Assembly: GCA_029258795.1 (NCBI GenBank)
Contig: JAPDKB010000007.1
Coordinates: forward strand, 224,001-288,000
Length of the DNA stretch: 64,000 nt
Direction: 5' to 3'
Source: an archaeon
Lineage (GTDB): Archaea > EX4484-52 > WAPT01
In this document: positions 36,201 through 44,934 of the stretch, piece after piece
Layout of the letters: the number at the start of each line of letters is the position of its first letter
How positions within the stretch are numbered: the first letter of the stretch is position 1
Position numbers and translations under genes: made by a program
Notes under the pieces: generated by a model
Databases searched by the model: none
The model's input: the letters and a program-made list of their open reading frames with translations, nothing else
What the model was told of the DNA's origin: nothing

Positions 36201-37628
36201 TTTCGTGCTGCCTCCATAGTCGGAACAGTAAGATGATGTTAAGTCCTGCGCACCATCAAGCGTGATGCGATAACATAAAACATTGTTGTTGACCGGGTGA
36301 TCCCCCGTATCACTGCAGCTCAATCCTATTTCCGTCTGATTTGAAACGTAATAGTCGCAGGAATCATCTCCGATGGCTTCGCAAGGGACCTGCGGATTGC
36401 CCACAGATTTCTCGCCAGCGGGTGGTGTGTTATCCACAAAAACACACTGCCACCTGTATCCGTCTTCCGCCTCTCTGTTGCCAAGGAGATCAACGCTGTA
36501 ATATTCTATCACATGGCACGACTCTTCATTTATCGTGAAAGCTCCGCTGTATTCCTGAAATTCCCCTTTACCGCCACATTCCAAGTACTGATCATAAACT
36601 TCCGGGTGGCACGCACTTCTGCAAACCTCATCATTCGTAACCCGGAAAACGCGATAATAAATCTTGTCCACACCAACCGCACATATGGCTCCGTTATCTT
36701 CAGCTGATAGAGTTATCGTGCTCGATGATGTGATCCAGTGAGGGTAATTAGCGTCGCTATTGATATCCAATGGAAAGTACGGCTTATCATACACCTTCGT
36801 GGTGGTCGGTGCCTCACTATCCACCTTAAATGTCTCGACATCACTCACCACGTTTCCTGCTCGATCCTTACAGGTTATGTTGAGTTCATGAACCGAGTCC
36901 TCACCAAAATTGAAGCTGTACTGCCACGAATAAACATCTTCATCAAATTCCTTGTAAATGATCTCGTGCTCATCATTGCCATCGAGAACATAAGAGATTC
37001 TGCACCATTCCAGCCCGCTCATCCCGCAATTGCCCTGTTCTTGAACATCAACATTGATGGTTGTGTCCTGTGTTAGCCAGCAGTCCTGGCCTGCTGACGG
37101 AGGACAAGTGCCATAGGTCTCACCCTCCAAAGTTTTCGTTATAGAAGGTGCCAGGTCATCAACACTCGTGGTATCATTCACATAAACTATCGAGCCGGGT
37201 TGTGGTTCTGTCTGATCTCTTGTTTCAAACCACCAGACCCACTCACACCCGCTATCTGGTGTTGTGGCGGAAAAATGAAAGGTCTCGCATGATCCCGGAG
37301 CTATCGAATTCAGGCTGCTCGCAACGTACTGGCATGCATCCTTGGTAGAAACGGTATCAAGCTCCCATCCGGCTTTCCCTTCGCATTGAAGGTTGGAATA
37401 ACCATCACTCTTGTAGATGCGGATTTCATCAATATCATGCGTGCTGCCCACATCATTACAGATATTAACTGAATATTCCACATTTTCACCAGCAGGAGAC
37501 CATTCCGGCTGGAGCTCAACGCTTGAAGTGTGCGTTGCAAACGACACTCCAGAACTCAAAAATATCGAAAAAATCAAACCAATCGCGACAATAAAACTAA
37601 AATTTCGACAATACCAACAACTATTCAT
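33225..37628 (-). CDS. giant secreted cysteine-rich acidic repeat protein (1467 aa)
   Basis: Signal peptide, about nine Ig-like repeats (ESCHLIEYYSVD / VDxxPP), C-terminal KWNLIS/GWNLIG domain, no TM anchor. Confidence 0.85.
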   Translation of the reverse strand: MNSCWYCRNFSFIVAIGLIFSIFLSSGVSFATHTSSVELQPEWSPAGENVEYSVNICNDVGSTHDIDEIRIYKSDGYSNLQCEGKAGWELDTVSTKDACQYVASSLNSIAPGSCETFHFSATTPDSGCEWVWWFETRDQTEPQPGSIVYVNDTTSVDDLAPSITKTLEGETYGTCPPSAGQDCWLTQDTTINVDVQEQGNCGMSGLEWCRISYVLDGNDEHEIIYKEFDEDVYSWQYSFNFGEDSVHELNITCKDRAGNVVSDVETFKVDSEAPTTTKVYDKPYFPLDINSDANYPHWITSSSTITLSAEDNGAICAVGVDKIYYRVFRVTNDEVCRSACHPEVYDQYLECGGKGEFQEYSGAFTINEESCHVIEYYSVDLLGNREAEDGYRWQCVFVDNTPPAGEKSVGNPQVPCEAIGDDSCDYYVSNQTEIGLSCSDTGDHPVNNNVLCYRITLDGAQDLTSSYCSDYGGSTKTIDGEEWCCYEVGDNKYSFEFMEDSSHNLTFFCMDALGNKGTEDSEIFKVDSRPPVISKGVGEPKIGVCPPTSEQDVCRVRGGAHATEVNVSAQDDASAGCAVNDVKCTFEYSVDDNPFISITECDNQNFCRVRFAESTEHTLKVTCCDALDNCKVDEEKFYVDSEAPTTTKTYDGETYTENNDGNVVRWISSSTRLVLDAVDNPEGTTCASGVNSTHYRVTLMDSNTPCWSNYDCQNAEGNGSFQLWNGTPFIIGEESCHLIEYYSVDEIGNVETIKKQCVFVDNTPPTMDKVIGDPKIEEDNMTYISTTTPITFMCEDTGEHPVGGEVIYYRYAISNDCQNWSEPTQWTEVASGESITLPEESCHLVEYYCTDALQNSNEVESEIDVVDNTPPYMNITVVGPKYGNCSIGGQDKGEFCMIDTASYIHVEAYDQQPHPVDMVSCKWQYYDVDDDEESEVTDEGASFNIILPEEHAYLLRVWCEDGLHNDDEIFGAFIVDKTPPTTELEVGVPYYTNGTSEWVGATTEFTLHAVDLGPHPSGVNSTYYRVTLVDDEYCYNTSMCSDAEGNGSFQLWNGTPFIIGEESCHLIEYYSVDNVNKTANISKRCIFVDTTAPTPLKEVGKPSDMWTPGKNNDPESNFYPEANERCWINDSDALECWQVTMLTPITLGCEDTGEHPAGAEIACFKVSMDGDDVTERYCEEYGGAYNSSGDGFCCMAWEGEMQSFYFLEETEHELEYYCVDRVGNVNRSLLDVEKFKVEGTKLDIPLYKKWNLISVPFVLLNSNIDVVFHDIEDSILAVWKYENGTWYVWTPDDDGPKDFNTIEPGYGYWVLSMNGSAENPVWLTIGGSLFSPATTPPSRKLAKGWNLIGYYGIKWQMYGWDDMWDYCGHGYGYHNRYIYGDKVYCALNSLINTHEGYPKWSSLWTYLNCGNGYTWWIPLNACPYGDRCFDNRMYAGKGYWIELDEEELYAPATTCVWNRDFKCIGGW
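34410..35483. repeat. intragenic direct repeat: two identical 90-bp copies (34410-34499 and 35394-35483)
   Basis: Read directly from the sequence; 984-bp (328-codon) offset; encodes EGNGSFQLWNGTPFIIGEESCHLIEYYSVD. Confidence 0.9.
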
Positions 37629-37785
37629 AAATTTTCACCAAATTTTCCATTCTTACAAATGGAACTTTTAAATTATTTTTAAAAACGAAGTTATTTAAAT
37701 GTTTGAAAAAATTTTATACAAAATTTGTCCTAATATTAAACAAAAATAGAAAAATAAGTTCGAAAATCGCAACTAAGAAAATAAA

Positions 37786-38193
37786 TCATTTTCTAAAGCT
37801 CTTGTTTTTGTTTGAAAGTTCGGTCAATTCAGCCGGAGTGTACATCTCGGTGAGATAAGAATGTACAACCTGTAAAATGGTGGGATAGTTCAGATTGAGC
37901 TGCCACACATTCCTTTTGGATGAGGAAGCGGCATGCTTGATGGGTACAACAAGCTTCCACCCATGTAGTTTGTCCAGATGATAGAGCACTAGAGAATGCC
38001 TTACACCCATTCTCTCGGCCATTCTCTCCACCTGCATTGAGTAGTTGGTCTGAGGGCTTCGAAAGAGCATGAACAATATAGTGGCTCTGACTCTATTTCT
38101 GAGAATTAAATCGAGCTGTGTTCTGATTGAAAACAGAATTTTGTGTTCATCTTCGAAATTTTCAGCATTTTTTTCATGAAAATTTTCTGACAT
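37786..38193 (-). CDS. winged-HTH (ArsR-like) transcriptional regulator
   Basis: NRVRATIL...MAERMGVRHSLVLYHLDKL...W wing pattern. Confidence 0.65.
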   Translation of the reverse strand: MSENFHEKNAENFEDEHKILFSIRTQLDLILRNRVRATILFMLFRSPQTNYSMQVERMAERMGVRHSLVLYHLDKLHGWKLVVPIKHAASSSKRNVWQLNLNYPTILQVVHSYLTEMYTPAELTELSNKNKSFRK

Positions 38194-38268
38194 TTAGATA
38201 TTTTGGTGAAGAACATTTATATAGATGTTTAAATCTTGCAAAAAGAAAAAGATACGGGGTATTCAAGT

Positions 38269-38847
38269 TTACAATTTGTATGTCTCCTTTACCTCCACTT
38301 TTCTGATTTCAACAGAGTTTATTGGATGTATCTTGACCGCTTTTGAGAATATGAGTTTCTGAGTTATTCCGTCGAACATCTCCTTGAGCAGATCTGGCAG
38401 TTTTCTGCTGCTAACATATTCGTCCAGAAATGCTTCTACTTCCTTTCTTATCGCGCTCTGTACGGAAGTGTTGGCTCTTCCGTGGGTAATTATGATCGGT
38501 TTAACGCGCAATTTGACGCCATCAGCCGTTGTTACATCCTTTATGATATCTATCCTCGATGTTCTCTTCCTCACCATCCTGGTGACTCTATCTCTAGAAA
38601 GCTCATGTCCCCAGTAAATGGTCTTGGCAACGCTATCCTCTGTCTCAACTATCCTGAGAGCTATGTTGATGAAAACATGCCTTATGTTGTTGGTGACCAT
38701 GTTAAGAGGAATAACAACCACTCTGTCGATGGGAGTGCCATGTTTGGTTACGGGCGTTTCTCCTATTATTCCTCCACCCAGATACTCCGGTGCTTTTATC
38801 TGGTACCAGCTCAGCTTCACTTTTCTTCTGCTCTGCGGCCTTGCCAA
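38269..38847 (-). CDS. rps3ae: 30S ribosomal protein eS1 (S3Ae)
   Basis: WYQIKAP, GHELSRD...MVRKRTSRID, TADG, KIHP...EIRKVEV. Confidence 0.93.
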   Translation of the reverse strand: MARPQSRRKVKLSWYQIKAPEYLGGGIIGETPVTKHGTPIDRVVVIPLNMVTNNIRHVFINIALRIVETEDSVAKTIYWGHELSRDRVTRMVRKRTSRIDIIKDVTTADGVKLRVKPIIITHGRANTSVQSAIRKEVEAFLDEYVSSRKLPDLLKEMFDGITQKLIFSKAVKIHPINSVEIRKVEVKETYKL

Positions 38848-38980
38848 ACAGCATCACCCCGTTTTCGGAAACACATGTAAGTTTGACAGAAAGTTTTATT
38901 AATCTTGTTCTATGCCGAACTTAGCGGAATAAAAATTAAAAAATTAATCCCATGGATTGATTTTTAGCAAGCATTTCATG

Positions 38981-39055
38981 CTCGCCCCCTTCACCGGCTG
39001 GGGCGAGAGGAACCGGTGTACACCGCGGCGCACCGGTTCCACCCATATCTCGCCC
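38981..39055. ncRNA. GC-rich structured element with two alternative folds (unidentified RNA)
   Basis: GGAACCGGTG (39009-18) pairs with CACCGGTTCC (39031-40); GGGCGAGA (39001-08) with TCTCGCCC (39048-55); alternatively CTCGCCCC (38981-88) with GGGGCGAG (39000-07). Confidence 0.5.
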
Positions 39056-39073
39056 TGATTTGGCTTCCTGCAA

Positions 39074-40432
39074 TCATATCAAACCATCAACCACTTCTAT
39101 GAACTTCATCTCACTTCCCAGAGGTATTTTTGCTCCTGCTGCCGTTCTGTGGCCACCGCCTTCTCCACCCACAACCTCACATGCTTTTCTTATCGCAAGT
39201 CCGAGATTCACGTTGCCATCATCCTTTTTTGCTCTTGCCGAAACTTTAACTCCGTTACATGAGTTTGCAAAGGAAAAACCAAATTTCGTCTTTATCTTGG
39301 ATTTCATGGAGATGGAGAGCACGGTACCTATTATCGTGTCGCTTATCTTGTCTCCTGCTATGATGTATGTGGCTTTTTCCGTCACTATGAAGCGCTTTCT
39401 GTTCCTTGAGATCCATGCAAGTGCGGAGGATATCATCTTTCGGTAACTTGCATACAGCTCTTCCACATCGTTTCTCATTCCAAGGCAGAACTTGATACCT
39501 TCCATCGGCTTACCTATCCTGCCACATGCGTTGAGAAATGTGGCGAATTCCCTCACCTCATACTTTCCCTTGATTTTATACACATCCCCTATTATAGAAG
39601 TGATTTTCTCGATGGATAAGTCGTTTGCTGCACTTTCTATTACCAGAGCAGTTGCCAGCTTTTTCTCCTCCTTCCTCGTCAGATCACAAAGCCTTCTGAA
39701 GTTACCGTGCTCATCAATGATGGGTATGCCGAGCTCCGCAAGTAATTGCACCACAGCCGATTCATTCCCGCTTATTCCCTCGATGTATGGATCCATGGAC
39801 TGACTGAGAGCTTTGTGAATGGGCTTGGTATATCTCCCAAAAATGTTTATACCCTTTCCTTTTTTCACGAGTCCAAAAAGTTCAGCATCTTCATACAGCA
39901 GCTTGTTCACACCGATCAGCCGGTTTTTGACGAGTTGCACATCAGCAAAAGCACCCACAACCGGCAGGTCAAGATGCTCCTTGACCTTTTCATCAAGACT
40001 TCTGGCAACAAGATATGTCATGCCAGATCCGCTTATTTCCAAGCTACCATCTATGCCAAAAAAATAGGGATTGATGTGCGCGAGCCCCTTCCACCTCAAC
40101 TCTTCTGGTTGATGGTGGTCTATAACCACAACATCCTTACCATCAAGCCACTCCTTTATGGTTGAAAGCTGACCGCTGCCGAGGTCAAGAAAAATGTAAT
40201 GGTCTATTCCTTCCTCCACCACATCCTGCATCGCATCCCTTTCCAGCTGCTTCAAAAACACCACATCAAAATCTTTACCCCGTTCTTTCAGGGCGCGAAA
40301 CATGAGAGATGCAGCACATATTCCATCTGCATCGTGATGGCTAACAACCCTTATCCTGCCACGCCACTTCGCTATGATGGATGCCATTCTTGCAGCTTCA
40401 TCAGCCAGCTTTATAACTCGAGAGAAGGACAT
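39074..40432 (-). CDS. DHH family phosphoesterase (archaeal RecJ-like)
   Basis: SHHDADG, FLDLGSG, IDHH, NACGR, GGGHRTAAG DHHA1 motif. Confidence 0.92.
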   Translation of the reverse strand: MSFSRVIKLADEAARMASIIAKWRGRIRVVSHHDADGICAASLMFRALKERGKDFDVVFLKQLERDAMQDVVEEGIDHYIFLDLGSGQLSTIKEWLDGKDVVVIDHHQPEELRWKGLAHINPYFFGIDGSLEISGSGMTYLVARSLDEKVKEHLDLPVVGAFADVQLVKNRLIGVNKLLYEDAELFGLVKKGKGINIFGRYTKPIHKALSQSMDPYIEGISGNESAVVQLLAELGIPIIDEHGNFRRLCDLTRKEEKKLATALVIESAANDLSIEKITSIIGDVYKIKGKYEVREFATFLNACGRIGKPMEGIKFCLGMRNDVEELYASYRKMISSALAWISRNRKRFIVTEKATYIIAGDKISDTIIGTVLSISMKSKIKTKFGFSFANSCNGVKVSARAKKDDGNVNLGLAIRKACEVVGGEGGGHRTAAGAKIPLGSEMKFIEVVDGLI

Positions 40433-40480
40433 AGAAAGATAGATATATTGAGGTGGTATTTAACTATTTTGATGCTGCAC

Positions 40481-41113
40481 TCAAGCCATCACCATCTCTT
40501 TTATAGCTTCTCTGCTTTTTCTGTCCGCATCATGTAGCGGCATGATCAAGTTGTCCTGCACACATACCTTGACGATGTTCATAGCCCCATTCAAATCCAC
40601 TTCATGGCCGGGTGAGAGGTAGAAATTCCTGTTGTTGAGCTTTATTACCTTACTCCTCACCTCTCCATCCACCACCACATCATCTCCCTTCAATTCCCCG
40701 CACAGCAATGACTTTGCAACACCTATTGTGGGCTTTTTCAGCTTCACGCCCACATAGCATGCTATCCCCGCTTTTCTTGGATGCAATATGCCATTTCCAT
40801 CAACCAGCACCACATCCACCTTGTGCTTTATCAGCTTAACGGCATTGACCATTATGTCGCCTTCTCGAAACAGAAAAAAGCCAGGGATGTAGGGAAACAT
40901 GTCTCGTGTGCTTTTGAAGAGAAAGGCGCGCTCCACGATTCTCCTGAGTTTAACATCATAGAGGGATGCGCAACAACAGCAAAGCTCAGCTTTTCTACTA
41001 TAAGAAACATCCACTCCCACCACAAATCTTAAAGCGTTAATATTAAAGCTCGAGTCCAATCTCACCTTTCTGGCTAGCTCCTCCTGAAAATTTATAAGTT
41101 TTGTGAGATTCAT
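40481..41113 (-). CDS. nfi: endonuclease V
   Basis: VGVDVSY, FPYIPGFFLFRE, LVDGNGILHPR..GIA, IGVAKS, SPGH. Confidence 0.93.
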   Translation of the reverse strand: MNLTKLINFQEELARKVRLDSSFNINALRFVVGVDVSYSRKAELCCCCASLYDVKLRRIVERAFLFKSTRDMFPYIPGFFLFREGDIMVNAVKLIKHKVDVVLVDGNGILHPRKAGIACYVGVKLKKPTIGVAKSLLCGELKGDDVVVDGEVRSKVIKLNNRNFYLSPGHEVDLNGAMNIVKVCVQDNLIMPLHDADRKSREAIKEMVMA

Positions 41114-41177
41114 AGAACTCTATTGATTCTTTTGATTCTTAAATTTCCAAAACTGTTAAGTATATGGGTGTGATACC

Positions 41178-41429
41178 ATGGGCAGGAAGTTCAAGATATG
41201 TGATGTGTGTAAGAAGAGATTTCACAGGGAGCAGGAAAACCGGCTTCAGATAATAAAAAGGTTGAGGAAGGGTAAGGTGGAGTTCTGGGTGTGCAACAAA
41301 TGTTCCCCTGCTGTTGCCAAGATGCTGAGGGAGCAGTTCGGAATCAAGATCATCATTTCGGAGAAGGAGGAAAAGGGAGAAGAAAAACCATCCAAGGATG
41401 AAGCGACTGAAGAGAATAAAAATGAATGA
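41178..41429 (+). CDS. small zinc-finger protein
   Basis: CDVC...CNKC; GGTGTGA RBS-like sequence upstream. Confidence 0.6.
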   Translation: MGRKFKICDVCKKRFHREQENRLQIIKRLRKGKVEFWVCNKCSPAVAKMLREQFGIKIIISEKEEKGEEKPSKDEATEENKNE

Positions 41430-41436
41430 GCTGTTT

Positions 41437-42021
41437 TTAGGCGTGCTTTTTCATACCGTCCAGCTTTTTGAAGTATTTGGAGAGGACTGCGTGCCTCATA
41501 TGCTCTATAAAGTTGTTCTCGTACTCTCCCCTGAACCTCATGACAAATGCTGGATGGTACGTGAGCATCACATGTGTCCCGTTGCAGTTCAAAAGTGTGC
41601 CTGCTTCCTTCTTAATTTCAACTTCCCGTCCCAGCACGCTATATGCAGCACATTTACCCAAACATATGAGCACTTTTGGCTTGATTATCTCGATTTGCTT
41701 TAAAAGGTAAGGTCTGCATGCATCCAGTTCTTTTTTGGTGGGCTTTCGATTGTTTGGGGGTCTGCATTTGACAGCATTGGTCATGTATGTCTCCACTCTA
41801 TCCACGCCAATTTCCCGGAGTATATTGGTAAGGTATATACCGGCTGCTCCCACAAACGGTCTTCCCTCTTTGTCTTCATTCTTCCCTGGTGCCTCTCCTA
41901 TAAGCATTATGGATGCCTGCTCATCGCCCTCTCCAACAACCGGCTTTGTTCTGTATTTGTGGAGAGGGCACTTCTTACATTTCTCTACTTCTCGCGCAAG
42001 CTTGATAAGTTCGGCAATCAT
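41437..42021 (-). CDS. udg: uracil-DNA glycosylase, family 4 (Fe-S)
   Basis: CKKCPL, IGEAPG..ED..GRPFVG, NAVKCRPPNNR, TYHP; start ATG 42021. Confidence 0.93.
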   Translation of the reverse strand: MIAELIKLAREVEKCKKCPLHKYRTKPVVGEGDEQASIMLIGEAPGKNEDKEGRPFVGAAGIYLTNILREIGVDRVETYMTNAVKCRPPNNRKPTKKELDACRPYLLKQIEIIKPKVLICLGKCAAYSVLGREVEIKKEAGTLLNCNGTHVMLTYHPAFVMRFRGEYENNFIEHMRHAVLSKYFKKLDGMKKHA

Positions 42022-42076
42022 ATGGTTTAAATTAAGGAGGGCTCTTGCATAAAAAGATTTTCTTAAGCGCCCGCCT

Positions 42077-42976
42077 CTACTTGCTTCCCGCAATCGAGCA
42101 GAAAAGGCAGACCTCTCTGCCTTTGAGCGTTGGCATCCCGCACCTTTTACAGTTCACCAGCTCAACATCGTGCTTTTTCTTTTCCAGCAGCGGCTTCATC
42201 CTCCTCAAAAACCCGAAATAGAACTGCTGCTTTATGGAGGGATTTTTCTTTTCCATCTCGTTGAAAAATTCCTTGAATTTATTCTGGATTGCGTTTTTGG
42301 AATAAGGACACTTTGCATGTGTGTACTCTATGTTATTAAGCTCAGCATAAATTCCACATTCCTCATCCGTCAGCCTGCAGAGCGGCTTCGCTTTCCTTTT
42401 AAGCCGGTTTTCTGCAGGAAGCACAACGTCCTGCCTCACCATCTGCTCCACATCCCAGCTGAGCACGGATGCCATGAGAAAGGCGCAGCAATCATCGAGT
42501 GTGTGGCCTGTAACAACACAATCAAAATCCTGCTCAATCGCGATTCTGTTAAGGAGGTATCTTTTTATCGTGCCGCAGAGAGAACAAGGAATTCTGTTTT
42601 TGTGCTTCCTGACAATTTCGGGTAGAGATGCTCCATGAGCTTTTTTCAGATCATGAACTATGAGATTTCCCCCAACCATATCTTTCATCTTCAACACAAC
42701 ACTGAGCGAGTCGTTTGAATAGCGCTCTATACCCAAGTTTATGTGCAGAGCTGTGACATTATAACCGAGCTTTGCAAGCACGTGCCACAGAACCATGCTG
42801 TCCTTGCCGCCCGATACAGCTATCAAGATTCTTTCATTCTTGGAGAACATTTCAAATTCCTCTATCGCCCTTTCCACCTGCCTCTCAAAGTAAACGTTAA
42901 AACATTCCTTGCAAAACTTGGCTCTATGCCTCCTCACAACAATTTCCGCCTTTTTCCCGCATCTCACGCACTTCAT
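42077..42976 (-). CDS. ttuA: tRNA 2-thiouridine synthase TtuA/Ncs6 family
   Basis: N- and C-terminal zinc fingers, SGGKDS PP-loop, CSLCG, TGHTLDD, CPY. Confidence 0.88.
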   Translation of the reverse strand: MKCVRCGKKAEIVVRRHRAKFCKECFNVYFERQVERAIEEFEMFSKNERILIAVSGGKDSMVLWHVLAKLGYNVTALHINLGIERYSNDSLSVVLKMKDMVGGNLIVHDLKKAHGASLPEIVRKHKNRIPCSLCGTIKRYLLNRIAIEQDFDCVVTGHTLDDCCAFLMASVLSWDVEQMVRQDVVLPAENRLKRKAKPLCRLTDEECGIYAELNNIEYTHAKCPYSKNAIQNKFKEFFNEMEKKNPSIKQQFYFGFLRRMKPLLEKKKHDVELVNCKRCGMPTLKGREVCLFCSIAGSK

Positions 42977-43755
42977 GCTGTCCGCCTCGCAACCAGAATG
43001 AAGCCGGTGTGAGCAACCATCCTTTCCTTCGGGCGTGCTCTTCTTTCATCAACTATCCACTCTCTCATGAGCACCTCAAAGCACTTTATGTTGGTGTATG
43101 TTTCAAGCTCGTGCATCTTTTCCACCGTTTTCTGCACCTGCGGAACATTGGTGAGGTAGCATATCAGCATGCCACCCTTTGCAAGCATCTCCGTCACGTT
43201 TTCCAGAGCGTTCCACGGATCGAGCATGTCAAGCACAACCCTGTCAAATGTTTGGAAAAAGCTCATCTGCTTGATGTCCCCCACCACAAGTTTCAGCTGT
43301 TCGGGCAGAGCACCAAAAAATCTTTCGATGTTGTTCATCGCGACTTTCATAAAGCCCTTTCTTCTTTCAACAGAAACAACCATCCCGTCATTACCCACAG
43401 CTTCCGCAAGAAAACATGTAAGCGCTCCGGAGCCCGTTCCTGCTTCAAGCACCTTCATGCCTTTCCTTACATCACCGAAGGTCAGAATCGCTCCCGCATC
43501 TTTCGGATAGATTATCTGTGCTCCTCTCTTCAGCTTGAGCGCGTACTCATGCAGAGCCGGCCTGAAAACGTGTAGCTTGTGCGATTTGGTGGTGAAAATA
43601 CAGCTTCCGTAACTCTTACCTATGACATCATCCATTTTAACCTTGCCCAGATGAGTGGCGAGCTCTTTCCCCTTTTTTACTTTCATCATCCAGCACTTTC
43701 CCGTCTCACTTACGAACATGACCAGCTCATTTTCCTTAACACTATATTTGGTCAT
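42973..43755 (-). CDS. trmI: tRNA (adenine57/58-N1)-methyltransferase
   Basis: AQIIYPKD, VLEAGTGSGALT, LDMLDPW, AHTGFI. Confidence 0.93.
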   Translation of the reverse strand: MTKYSVKENELVMFVSETGKCWMMKVKKGKELATHLGKVKMDDVIGKSYGSCIFTTKSHKLHVFRPALHEYALKLKRGAQIIYPKDAGAILTFGDVRKGMKVLEAGTGSGALTCFLAEAVGNDGMVVSVERRKGFMKVAMNNIERFFGALPEQLKLVVGDIKQMSFFQTFDRVVLDMLDPWNALENVTEMLAKGGMLICYLTNVPQVQKTVEKMHELETYTNIKCFEVLMREWIVDERRARPKERMVAHTGFILVARRTA

Positions 43756-43799
43756 GAAAAACTAGCTTGAAGGGAAAAATTAAATGGGTTTGCATCATA

Positions 43800-44840
43800 T
43801 CACACAGCTTTTAGACCGATAAGAATTAGCGCGGAAATAACTATCATGAAAATGTGTTGAAGCTCTATCCCGGGCATCCCTCCTGCTTCCTCACCTCCGA
43901 GCTCCACAACATTCAAAGTGATCCATTCATCCCCCTTCCCTCCATAATCATCTTCCCATTCGACTTTAATTGTGTATATCCCATTTATTGGAGGCACAAC
44001 ACTCGCCACAACATATTTTGTGTCTCCAGGGCCTAAGAACACCTCCGTTTCTGTCATTCCCTCCCGGGCGTACTTTTTGGATGTGAAATAAACGTTACCA
44101 TACAGCGCTACCTCCTGTGGTACGAGTTTGAGTTTCACCCTTCCCTCCAGAGAACCGCGATTTCGCGCAGTTATCAAGAATCTCATCTCCCTGCCTTCGT
44201 AAGCCGTAATGCTGGATGGAACAGTAATTTCAGGTATGAAAGCTCTAAGATTCGTGACTGAAACAAGCTTTATTGTAAGATTCATACATATCTTCTGTCC
44301 GTAGGGTGAGGAACAATTTCCGACATGTGCGTTGGTATATCCACTCAAAGCAATTATACAATTTGAGTTAGAGGAGCAAGTAGTGATGTCGAAATGATCT
44401 ATTTTTATGCTGGGGTGTTGGGGCACAGGTTTCACGCAGATAAAATAAGGGTAGTTGCTCTTGCTGCATAGCTCCGCATGCGCATTTGTTGCGGAGCTGA
44501 GGTGCAGAAGGCATTCATATCCACTTGTACAGCTTCCACTTTCGTTTTTCACATCAAACTTTATTTTGTAACCCCAAGCACTGGCATTACAGCAGAGGAG
44601 ATAACCATAATTATTGAGAGTGGGAACTTCCGCGTGAGCGTTGGTAAAATCGGACATTCTCAAGAATAGGGAATATCCTGAGGGACAAGATGATTGCTGA
44701 ACCACAACACAGTTCACAGGAATATTCAGGGTTGGTGTGGGAAGGGAAGGTCCTTGAGAAAACGCCGGAGTGGTCAGCTGAAGAAAAAATGCTACTGCAA
44801 TCGATAATATTAAAAGTTGTTGTGTTTTGAGAATTTGCAT
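43800..44840 (-). CDS. Cys-rich surface protein with three TNAH repeats and a C-terminal TM
   Basis: Signal peptide; MSDFTNAHAE, LSSATNAHAE, LSGYTNAHVG; Ig-like domain; MPGIE followed by a TM helix. Confidence 0.75.
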   Translation of the reverse strand: MQILKTQQLLILSIAVAFFLQLTTPAFSQGPSLPTPTLNIPVNCVVVQQSSCPSGYSLFLRMSDFTNAHAEVPTLNNYGYLLCCNASAWGYKIKFDVKNESGSCTSGYECLLHLSSATNAHAELCSKSNYPYFICVKPVPQHPSIKIDHFDITTCSSNSNCIIALSGYTNAHVGNCSSPYGQKICMNLTIKLVSVTNLRAFIPEITVPSSITAYEGREMRFLITARNRGSLEGRVKLKLVPQEVALYGNVYFTSKKYAREGMTETEVFLGPGDTKYVVASVVPPINGIYTIKVEWEDDYGGKGDEWITLNVVELGGEEAGGMPGIELQHIFMIVISALILIGLKAV

Positions 44841-44934
44841 GGTTTTATTCTATTTTTCAATTCATATAAAGGTTTGGTTTTTGTGTGCAAGTGAGGAAGG
44901 CATTTAAAAAGTTTGGCAGAATAGAAAAAGCTGT

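Noticed and set aside
37629-37785. Very AT-rich spacer as a replication origin
   Set aside because: No ORB-like repeats or cdc6/orc1 gene nearby; it is more simply a promoter and terminator region
38991-39077. Short minus-strand ORF (MIAGSQIRARYGWNR...) as the missing Pcc1
   Set aside because: Only 28 codons, no resemblance to Pcc1, and it overlaps the hairpin
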